From contig FLMG01004369.1 in assembly GCA_900088475.1 (NCBI GenBank), forward strand, positions 1 through 34,654: 34,654 bases of DNA, given 5' to 3'. Below, piece after piece: positions 1 to 10,820 of the stretch. Positions within the stretch are counted from its first letter, which is position 1. Each line of letters opens with the position of its first letter. The notes below the pieces were generated by a model. It was not told where the DNA came from. It saw nothing but the letters and a program-made list of their open reading frames with translations, and did no database searches. The stretch comes from Hyphochytrium catenoides. Lineage: Eukaryota; Protista; Hyphochytriomycota. The position numbers and the translations under genes were made by a program.

Positions 1-44
1 CTCTCTCTCTCTCTCTCTCTTTTTCTCCCTTCTCCCTTCTCCCT

Positions 45-75
<31 letters not shown>

Positions 76-78
76 CTC
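1..78. repeat. (CT)n microsatellite
   Basis: Direct CT runs. Confidence 0.9.
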
Positions 79-573
79 AAAAAGACTACGGGAACTAGTC
101 TATGTGTCTGTTTGTACCAGTGGTAACGGTCTGTAGCTCTGAAAGGTTGTGACCCTTCTCCAATTATTACTACTTCCATCAAACAGTCTCCTAACTCTCG
201 AGAGCATCGCCCATTACTATTGATGGAATGTCCATAGCCATTTCTCCCGAGATTGTCGCCTTCATCAGCTGTTCAAGGCTTTACTAATAATAGAACTACA
301 TGTACTGTACTGTCAATGAAGACATACTTTGTCAATAGTTCGATTCGATCCTTTCTTCCCGATTTCGCCCTAAATAAGGCCCTGATTTGAAAGGCAATGC
401 ATTTATTTGAGCCAAATGTGTGGTTGATTACTATCATTCGGTTATCATTAGCTTTGGTTTAGTAGCCGTTGCCAGCTACTCTCAACGGCTATTGATTCCC
501 TCTGTCTTTTTGAATTGAGTTTTTGTGCAAGGAAGAACGGAAGCTTCTGATGATGCTCCTTTCAGCAACACGG

Positions 574-618
574 ATCTCTCTCTCTCTCTTCTTCCTCTCT
601 CTCTCTTCCTCTCTCTCC

Positions 619-652
<34 letters not shown>
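574..652. repeat. (CT)n microsatellite upstream of ASPM
   Basis: Direct CT runs. Confidence 0.9.
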
Positions 653-1022
653 AGCTCCCTCGCTCGCCTCGTCCTGAAGTCCTGATCAATCTTGCTCCTG
701 GTGCTTCTGTAGAGCTTGGCTGCTTGCGCTTTCGGCTTTGATGTCACTCGGCGTCTGACAGGCTGTTCCAGTCTGCTCCATGTCGAAAGTCTTCGCGGCG
801 GCTGTGTCTCGGTCTTCCTCGTTGTCTTGATCCCTTGTCTCTTCTCCCTTGGTACTTGCTTCACTTCAGCTCTCCGTCCTCTAGAGAGACTGCGAACAGG
901 TACAACTGAAGCGGAAGACAGAGCAAGACCTGGGATGTGGCGCTCGCTACACAGGACATGACACAAATCGAACGAAGAGCGCCTTGAAGCAGGCCCTAGA
1001 AAGTTCAAGAGCCATTGATATC

Positions 1023-4000
1023 ATGGGTAAGTGCAACTCTTAGCGACAGACAGTGCTTCTTAACAGCTATTCACCCAAACCCATTGCAGACAAGGAAAAC
1101 ACCTTTGACATCAACCAGCTTCTAGGATTTGTTGCTTCAGACAGCGAGCGACCAGCTTCTCCCCAAAAAGACAAGTCAGAGGCACCCAATTTAAAGAAAG
1201 AGAAGGATGTCGAGAGCCTTCCCACTCTATTCCTGGACCAGTTCCAGCAGACACCTTGGATTAGTTTCAAGAATGTCAAAGTCAACTGCACTGCAGATAG
1301 AACACTGCGAGTTCTCAATGACAGTGACCATGAAGCTCTATTAGAGGTCTACAGAGTGCCAGATGCCAAAGGATTTGCTGTCTCTTCTCTGGAAGGAGAG
1401 CCATTACCCTCTCGACTATCTCTTGCTCCTAAGTGCTCAAAGCTTCTAAAGATTTCCTGGACCCCGAAGGGAGAAGATGAGACAATCAAGACCTCCATCC
1501 TCTTCAAGTACAATCGTAAGTTCTCTCTCCAGGCCGTTCTGGTTGGCAATGTTCTGGCAGACAACGTCCAGAAAAAGGCAAAGCGGAAGCTTGCAGTCCT
1601 CGCAGACAGAGGAGGAAGGGATAGAACTGCCCCGAAAGACCTTTCTCTCCGCCTAGTTCGTCAGTCTATTGACCCTTCAGCATCCCGAAAAGAGGTTGCG
1701 CCACCTCAGCCTAAGGAGATGCATGAAAGGAAAACACGAGTAGTAGACATTACATCCGGCTCCACTGTCTCAAAGACAGTGTCTTCCTCTCATTCTCCCT
1801 CTCGAACTCGTAAGCTCTCTCTTGCATCTCGGAAAAGAGGTGTGGGAGAGAGAGCAAAGAAAGAGGGCCATGGACCCAAGCAGACAAGTGGGACCAATCT
1901 TCTCACATCCATGCGTAAGGTGCTATTCGATCCCCAGTGGATGGAGAAACAGGAGGCCGCTTACACTGACTGGATCAACTATACGCTCTACCCACCAGAG
2001 AATGATGTGGTGGGCATGGATGTGGAGGGAGAGGCCACGGTAGACTCTCTCTCTCAGACTAGAGATCAGTTTCTCCTCTTGCTGCAGAAGAGGAGGGAGG
2101 CAACAGTCCGACGGAGAGCGTTCCATCTTTACCATTCTCCAGATTTTGAAAAGGTTAGGGCGACAGTAGAGGAAGAGGTGGTGCTGGGGCACTTAGCCAT
2201 TCGGTCTGACAGAGATCTACACTCCGACTTGGGCCTAAGAGAAGCCTTTGTAGAGCTTCTCTTCTCCTACCACCCATCGTGGCTCAAAGTGGGCCTAGAA
2301 GTGGTCTTTGGAGAGATTATATCTATCCCTCCGATGGAGAGAGAGAGGGGCAGAGATGCTCTTCCTCCCAATGGTCTACCGAATGGGAGGGAGAGAGGAC
2401 TCGGAACTAGCGTTGCGAGGGCGAAAGAAGATGAAAGAGACTCTATTTCGAAGCGTTGCCATCGGACCTTGCGGAGGTTCATCATTGAGAGACTTCTGAA
2501 TGATCCAGAGACGAAGACGCAGTTCTCCAAGAACACCAGAGTGCCTTCAGGAGTCTGGGCAGATCGTTATCGCACCGCTTTACAGCAGCTAACGCTAAGA
2601 CGCTTCTTGATGCTTGTCTACTTCTTAGACAGAGCCAAGGAGAAGAGTCTGTTGGATAGCAGCGGTCCTTGTCTCTTTAAGAAGGATGCCACCATCAAAT
2701 CTTCAAAGGAGGTACGGTATAGTCACTAGTCCTAGCTAGACAGCGTGATAGAGTGTCATTCTCTTTTTCTAAGGCCTCAATTTCCCTTTTCTTCGCTTTC
2801 TCTCACGCCCGTGGTCTCTCCCTGTTATTTCACCCTTTACCTTTGTTTTAACCAGCTTCCCAGACACACCCACATGCTTATCGCTTGTGTAGAGGTCTAA
2901 CATATCTCCTCTTGCCTCCTTCTTCCGCTTCCACCAGATGCTCATCACTTTCTGCAAGGACTTTCTCAGTGGCGAGGGTAATATCTCACGCCACCTCTCT
3001 CTCCTGGGTCTAGAAGTTTCCCATCGTCAGACTTTCCTGGATGAGTTCAACTTCTCGGTCACCTCTCTCTCCTCCGATCTGAGGGACGGCGTCCGTCTTT
3101 GCCGTCTCCTGGAAACGGTGACAAGTGATGCTTCTCTTTCACTCTCCCGTCAACTTCGAATCCCTGTCGTTTCCAGGCTTCAAAAGATTCACAACGTTAG
3201 CTTGGCTCTTCGCCGCCTTGAAGAAGAAGGAAGGGGAGAGGGTGTGAAGCGCGCAGGGATCACAGCAAAGGATATTGTAGATGGACATAGAGAGAAGACG
3301 CTGTTTCTTCTTTGGCAGGTGAGGGTACAACATACTGATAGGCATTGAATATTGTTGTCCCAACCCAGCCTCTCTTCGAGTCCAATGTGTACTCAGTTTA
3401 CCTCTTGCATTCTTACATATCCCCCGCCCGTCTATGGGGCTCCCGTCTATATGCAAGTGTTACCGCTGACTCTGGCTCACGCTCCTGTTGCTCGGCTATA
3501 GCTTATCTTTGAGTTTAAGATCTCAAGCATTTTGGATCAAGCTGCTCTGGAGAAGGAGATCAAGCATGTTAAAGCAATCTCCAGCCGCAGAGCACTAGAG
3601 CTCCTTCAAGCCCTAGAGGAGGCCGAGACAGAAAAAGACGACGAGGAACTTTCCACCGCTTCTCTGCCTTCTTCCTCCATGTCTTCTTCCTCCAAGTCAA
3701 GTCTACTTTCTTGTCCTGAAGTCCTTCTTCTGCTGCGGTGGTGTCAAGCCGTTTGTGCCCATTACGGCGTCCCCGTCATGAACTTTTCTTCTTCCTTCGC
3801 TGATGGGAAGGCCCTCTGTCTGCTGGTCCACTTTTATCATCCTAAGGTAGGGCACTTAGAGTCATGAGCTCCATTCACTAAAGCACGGGGTGCCGACATC
3901 AAATAGACATTTTTGTATGGAGTTTCGGCGTGGCAAAAAGCTGTGGATACTTCTCAGTGCGTTACCTACCTCGTTCACCAGGTCTAACTCCTCTCGTGGT

Positions 4001-7000
4001 ACTCTGTCGTCTTCTGGTGCCGCAGCTGATTGAGTTCCGGTCCATCAAGGAAACCACCACCGATCTTGCCCGTCATAGGCTGGGACAAGGAGTACCTGCG
4101 AAAGAGCTGTTGGAGTTACAGCATTGGACCGCTGTATGTCCTCAAAGAATAGGGGAAGAAGACTATAGGCGAGCAGTGGACGGCGAGAAGACCAACTTCT
4201 CTCTCGTCAACAAGGCTGCCAAAGCGTTAGGATGTGTACCTGTCAAACGTAAGAGCTTCAGACATCGAAAAATTCTATAACCGCTACCTTTACCTCTCTG
4301 CTTAGTCTTCCATGGTTGAGGAATAACCTTTCAAAGCATGCTAAATATTATTGCTAACTCTCGCCCTTTCCTCCCTATGTACTCTTCACCTTGTCCTTTC
4401 CCATTTTCTTCCTTGCGACGCCTGCTTCTAGTGTTGGACTTTAGCAGTGAAAATGTGCCGAACGAGAAGTTTCTTGTCACTTTCCTCTCATACCTTTGCC
4501 CACGTCTGATGGACTCCAGTAGAGAGATCAGAGCCACTCTTAGGATACAGGTAAGCTGCAAATGACGTTCTCTATTTCTTTCCTCTTTCGTGGTAGCATA
4601 TCCTTTGCCCTCCCTCAGCCTCTCTAAGATTTTCTGGAGTTAAGAACACTTCCTCAACTTCCTCTTTGATATAGCTCCGTCGAGGTCTGTCTTTCGTGAT
4701 CTTCCCAATCCTTTCCTCTTCTCCTTCTAATCCCATCTCCTCCAGCGAGTATGGCGATCCCACTATGCCAAGCAACAGAAAGAAAGAAGACGAAAGGCTG
4801 CTAAAGTCATTCAACGGGCCTGGATCTCCTCTTCTTCTCTCCGTATGCTTCACCGTATGGTCTATCGACATCGCAGAGGTGCCACGGCTCTACAGAAGGC
4901 AAGTGACCTCATCGTCTTCCTTTTCTCTGCGATAAGAATCTTTCCAACCGGAGTGTCGATCAGTTAGTTCACCCTCATTCGGCTGTCTACGACTTCCGCT
5001 TTCTGTTATTCTTGGTCTTCTTGGTGGTCCAGCTCTCTCTCTATAGAGGTAGCACCTTCATCTTCTGTGCGAGTGACCGTTGCCCTTCCCTCGATTGTTC
5101 TCTGGATCAATTCCATCATTTCCACTCATTCTGCTCCTATTCTAACTTCTGTTCCTCCAACCACCTTTATCTAAACACGATGATAGGTGTACCGAGCTTA
5201 CAAGGTTCGACAGACGTACCGGACCCAGCTTGTGGCTCTGAACACTATCAAGTGCTTCCTGCTGAGTGCGATTCAAGATCGAAGGGCAACGAAAGCAAGG
5301 GAGGAGCAGGAGCTAAGGTTGGCGAGCGAAGTGAAGGCCGCCAGTAAGTCCTTACATTCGCGTCTTGATTTGCGATACGTCGAACTTGCTTCCAGAGCAG
5401 ACTTTTAAGTTAAGGGCTGATAATGCCTTTCTATCTCCTCTTTATTCTCCTTCTCTGGCTAACCCAGAGTCAACTCTCATTGTTGTCTGTCGCTGCAGAG
5501 GTCATTCAGGCTTTCGTGATGGGGTCTTGCATGCGAATTTGCTTCCTTCGTGTACGAAGCGCCACAATTAGCCTTCAAGCTGCCGCGAGAAGACATCAGG
5601 CCCAACGACTCTATCAGAGAAGGAGGCATTCCTTTCTTCTTGCTTTGCAGAGAGAAAAGGAGGAAAGAGAGCGAAGGAGACACGATAGTGCTAGGCAAAT
5701 CCAGAGGCTCTTCAGATTGCTGCTTATTAGAAGAGAGCAGCAAAGACAAAGACATGCTGCAGTCATTCTCCAAAACCTTGTAAGAGGTCATTTGGCGAGG
5801 ATAGCAGCAACTTCCTTGAGGAAAGATAGAGAAGAAAAAAGAAGACTATCGGCCATTCTTCTCCAATCTCACGTAAGGCGCCTCTTAGCTGTGGCCTCCT
5901 TTACCTCCATGAGGAACGCAGCCATCCAGATCCAGGCATTCTGGAGGACACATCTGCGGGCAGAAGCCCATAAGCGAAAGAATCAAGCTGCATGCAAGAT
6001 ACAGGTCTTCTATAGTTCCTACAAGGTCAGAATTGACTTTTTGAGGCAAAAGTCATCTGCCATGAGGGTTCAGCGAAAGACTCGCCGTTTCCTATCCTCC
6101 CTGCGCGAGGAAAGGAAGGCTAGGGCTGCCATAGTGATCCAAAAGATGCACCGTGGACGAAGGCAAAGGTAAGGGCTCAGTCATGAATGAGGTGGGGATG
6201 AAGTAAGACCTAAACATAGAGACCTGAGAGGGTGATTTCCCCTCTCTGACGGCTCATTCAACTCCACATCGCGTCGTATCATGTTCTCAGGCTTAAGTAT
6301 GTTGCGCAAAGAAGCGTAGCGCTCTTACTTCAGAGAGCTATCAGAAGAGTGTGGAGCAATAGAGAAGAGCAAGAACAGATCCGACGGGCAAGGAGAGACG
6401 CCGCGATCTGCATCCAGAAGAACACTAGAGCATGGTTCTCAAGGTAGGTAGTGTATCTTACTCTTTCAGCATATAGCTCGTTTACACGATCGTGCAAGGA
6501 CAGCTAACTCATTATCTATCTTTCATGGCCTGCTCGACTGGTATCCATAGGCGGGAGAAGCAGCGGCGGCAACAAGCTGTCACTCTCCTCCAAAAGTCTA
6601 TGAGAGCCGCTATCGCTGCCAAGCAGGCAGCTCGGCAACGTCTAGCGGCCAAGCTTATTCAGAGTAAGCTCTTCATGCGCATGTCCATCAACCGGCGGTG
6701 TCATCAGCCCCCAATAACGCGCCGTCTTCTTACTTATCACGATCGCTAGCTTCCTGGTTGCGCTATGTAAGTTGGAAATGTATGAAAGAGGAAGAGCTCC
6801 GCTGTCGCTGGGTAGCAGCTGTGCGGATCCAAAGACACACCCGAGGCATGCTGCACAGAGTTCGCTACCAAAGGATTAAGGTAACTGTATTTCTGCCTCT
6901 TCTTTCCTCCTTTTCTCGGATGCCTTGCTCAATCTCGGTTAACCCCTTCTGAGGCTATCCTTAAACTCTATGCTCGGTGCTCTCCTCATAGTAGCTGCTC

Positions 7001-10000
7001 TCTTTCTCTCACTGTCGGTGGATCCGGTCTCACGCTTTCCCTACACGTTGTAGACTCTAGCTCTAAAGCTCCAACGTATATTCCGAGGTGGGCGGGTTCG
7101 GGAACAGCTTCAGGCGAAGAGAATAGCGGCAACAGCTATCCAAAAGGAAGTTCGGCGATGGATTGATGTCTGCTCTTATAGAAGTACGTAGTCCCCAAGT
7201 CAGGGCTCTCTCTCTATTCTTTGCCATCTTGTCAACAACCACTACTTCCCCTTAGTTTTGCCATCGCCCTTGCCATTGCTATGCACTAAGTCACTCCGTC
7301 TAGAATTAAGGGCAAGTGCCGTCGTGATTCAAAGAGCAGAGAGGAATAGGCGTATGAAAAGAGCATTATCCAAGCTAATCCAGAGCAAAAGAACAGTAGA
7401 ATATTTTGCTCTTACCTCTGCCAGAAGAAAGGCATTCTTGAGAGCGAGGGCCGCGGCAATTAAGGTCGGTGGCGCTGTTTCTTTCTCCGGGTATTTGCTC
7501 TCTTCTCAGCTGTGTCATCTTACCTCTCTCTTCTAACTCTTAAATCATCAACCTGTCTCTAACCGCAACCGCACATTAGATTCAGAGCAAAGTCAGGGCT
7601 TTCCTCGCCCGGCAGCAACTTCATCGCAACCTTAAAGCAGTTAAAACACTGCAGGGCGCAATTCGAAAGTGGAGAGAGCAAAGGGAAAGAGAGCGCCTTT
7701 CTTTGGCGAAGGATACAATCGATCGCTTCCTCTTCTATTGCTTTATGCGAAAGAGGAGAGAGAAAAGGATAGCTGAGGAGAATAAGGCAGCGACGGAGTT
7801 GCAGAAGATTGTACGCGGCTGGAACAAGAGGAAGACATTCACTCGGACTGTCGCCAGGTATGTGCATGAATAGACATAAGAGTTCCCTCTGAACTCCTAA
7901 TATCTCTTCTTCCTCTACATTCTCTAGTTCAAGCTCTCTCTACCCAGGCGGCTAGATCGCTATGGGTCCCTCGCTCCCTCCGTTCGTTGCCTCTGTATCC
8001 TCTGACTGTCATTTCCGCTTGCTGCCTCCATGCCTTAAAGAGTAATCAAGATCCAGTCCATCTGGAGAATGGCCTCCGCTAAAATGACGGCTCGGAAGAG
8101 AGCAGACGCGATAGAGTTGATTCAAAGAACTGTTAGAAGGTACGGTATCTAGCTACCTATGTCCAGAGCGCTTTGGTCGTCTCTGTCGGTCTCTATCTTG
8201 CCTAGTCTGTCGGTGTTTGGCCCTGACTTTGACTTGGGTAGGCACCTTGAGGTCCGTCACATGGAAGAAAGGGAGAGAAGTGCGACTTTGATTCAAAAGA
8301 CAGTCAGAAAGTTCCTGGCTCGATCTGTCTATCTTCAACAACGGGAAGCGGTCTGGAGGATCCAACACATATGGCGACGACACATGGAAAGACAGATAGC
8401 TCGGAAGGAGTTAGAGGAGAAAAGGAGACAAGAAGATGCAGCAAGCACAGTCCAAGTCATGTGGCGTTGCTATCGGAAGAAGATGGAGGAGAAAGAAAGA
8501 AGAGAGAAAGCAGCAAGGATAGTCACGGCACTTCTTCAGAGCTTTGTGACACGGAGCAGATATCTTCGTCTCAGGATAGACGGTGGGTTTTTGTCTCCTT
8601 TTCCCTTCCTTAGTCCCATCCATTCAATATTTTATTGGGCGGTATCGTCCTTTCTCCCTCATCTTCGCTTTCTACATGGTCTTATGCGCTCTTCGTAGCG
8701 GTTCGACTGCAGTCCTGGGCTCGCGGCTATCTTGAGCGCCGGCGCTACCTTCAACTCCGTTATCGTACCGTGCATTTGCAAAGAATATGGCGGCAGTGTA
8801 AAGAACAGAGAGAGAAAGCGGCCAACACCATTCAGCGACGATGGAGACGCTCGAAGGTACATAGATTCAACCAAAAGAGGAGGCGCGTCTAGAGAGTAGA
8901 AGGAAGAGGGAAAAGGATGTCATGAGCTGGGGACCTCACTCTTCTGACAATGCCTCCCTGTAGCACGCTGCTTGGTTTTCGGCTATGCTCTGCCTCTACC
9001 GCGAGTATCAGACCGAGCGCCAGGCAGTTCTTCGGGTGCAACGCTACTGGAGAGCCGCGAAAGTGCGTTGGTTCCTTAGGGAGACTCAAGAGGAGAGAAG
9101 GAGGAAGAGACAAGATGCTGCACTCACTCTTCAGAGGTTCGTCAGGGGATCCATCGTGAGGAAGAAGGTCATTCCACAGCGGAGGAAAGCAATTTTGACC
9201 GTGCAGGTATGCGAATGTTATGAAGAGTAAGCCTTAGCCAGCCCGCGCCCGTTCACTTATGGTTTGGTCTCTCTTCGGCTTACGCCTTAACAGTCGTGGT
9301 GGCGCGGCTGCCAGGTGCGCCGTGTCTCTTCAGCTCGAGAGAGAAGAGTGAGAAAGAGACTTGAGAGGGCGACTAGAAGGGCCACAGAGCCTCTGAGGCT
9401 GGGTAACAGAACAGCAGCGGCACTGGAGACTCTGAAGGGAGGAACGAAGCTTACTTCCGTCCTCCAAGCCTGTATATCTCTTGGTAAGTGTCAGAAATAG
9501 CCGAGAAGCGCACCCTTGAGATGTCGAAGCGCCTACCTAGTATCATCCACCTTCTAGGGTTGTCCTCCCTTCACTCAGTCTTTTAAGCGTGTCCTCTCTG
9601 TCTAACATTCTTCCGTCTCTTACTCTCCAGAAATCTCGACCAAGTATTCGTTGCGCTGCTGTGAGGCGGTCATCCATCACAACGCCGTCCCCATTCTTTT
9701 TGCCCTCATTCGCTCCTGCAACCGCAGCCAACCCCATCTGGAGCTTCTCTCCCATGCACTCTCTATTCTCCTCCATCTCTCTCAACTTCCTCCACCTTTA
9801 AGTGAGGCAGTCTCAGCTCCTCCGGAAGCAGTGGAGGTGCTAGCTGACCTGCTCCAGATGTTTAGAGATAAAGAAGGCCTTTTTCTAAAGACGGCGAAGA
9901 TCCTACGAGTGGTGTGCCAGAGCCCTCATACGAGTAAGGTAGGTCTGAAAACGCGTAAAAGAATGTGTGAAACAGAGAGAGAGAGACAAAGTGAAAAGGG

Positions 10001-10413
10001 GAGAGAGAGAACAACAGAGAGAGAGAGAGAGAGAGTCTAGTCGTAGTTTGAGCGAGGGACAATAAGATGGGGTGGACTTACTAAAGCTGGTGGCAAGGCA
10101 GAGTTCTGGAAAAGATTGAAACTAGTGGATGGCGGAGTGGGCCAGCTCCTTTTATAGGGAGATAGATGTCCTAATTCTTTGTCCTCTCTTCTGCGCCCCC
10201 AACACCTCCTCCCCCGTCTTTCTTTAGGCGCGATTGGATCAGGCTAACCTGCCAAAGCGTCTGGAAAGCATCAAGCAGATCCTCACGCGGAAGTGGGAGA
10301 TGGAGAGGAAAATGGCTTCAGATCGCCCTCCTTCTTCTTCTTCTTCCTCTACCAAACTGCAGCTCTCGGTAGCATCCGTTGAGAGGCTTCTCCAGACCGT
10401 CCAGGCGGCCTAA
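1023..10413 (+). CDS. ASPM: Abnormal spindle-like microcephaly-associated protein homolog (ASH domain, two CH domains, ~35 IQ-like motifs, C-terminal HEAT/ARM-like region); about 22 exons
   Basis: ASH-domain-like LFLDQFQQTPWISFKNVKV...LRVLN. W-x-N segment 'QEAAYTDWINYTL'. CH-domain motifs 'DLRDGVRLCRLLE...SRLQKIHNV...DIVDGHREKTLFLLWQ' and 'LLRWCQAVCAHYGVPVMNFSSSFADGKALCLLVHFYHP'. Many IQxxxRG-type repeats at 4540-9320. C-terminal 'LIRSCNRSQPH'. I spliced all exons in frame by hand (one GC-AG intron). Start is ATGG 1023-1026 joined to 1090; stop TAA is 10411-10413. Confidence 0.95.
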
Positions 10414-10820
10414 AGGGAGAAACACCTCCAAAAGTAGTCTCGATGTGAATAAAAGCAATGCTAGTCATTTATCGTCATCCACTTGATTGTCCGTATGACG
10501 TCTATGGACAGCGGGATATAGCTTGGAGAGTTACTGGCATTTTGAAGAGGAGAAGAGAGATACTATCTTGCTTATTAGGGAATAACACTTAGAACTGTGA
10601 GGCGCTGTTTTATCTGCGCTCCGGAAAGAGAGGAGGGCCGGATCTCAGGGACTATGCTTGCCTCTAACTGGACTCTGGCGGAAGAAACGAGGAGCTTGGT
10701 TGACACTATCGACTAGAATTTCGGTCCTTAGGCGCATTAGCTACTTGCGCCGTCTGGCCGTAAAGGCTCGAAGTCTGTGCCGGAGAAAAGAAGAGAGAGA
10801 CGTGTTGGATCCTTTTTTTT

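Noticed and set aside
562-1008. ORFs rich in RE or SL dipeptides here and at 22980-23407, 26186-26926, 27058-27621, 28426-29244 and 29425-30568
   Set aside because: They are stop-free read-through of CT/GA microsatellites in leaders and introns, with no domain content.
1027-1053. Alternative 27-nt micro-intron for the ASPM start
   Set aside because: It is in phase but far shorter than any other intron here (about 55 nt or more). The 63-nt version has a better acceptor and branch site.
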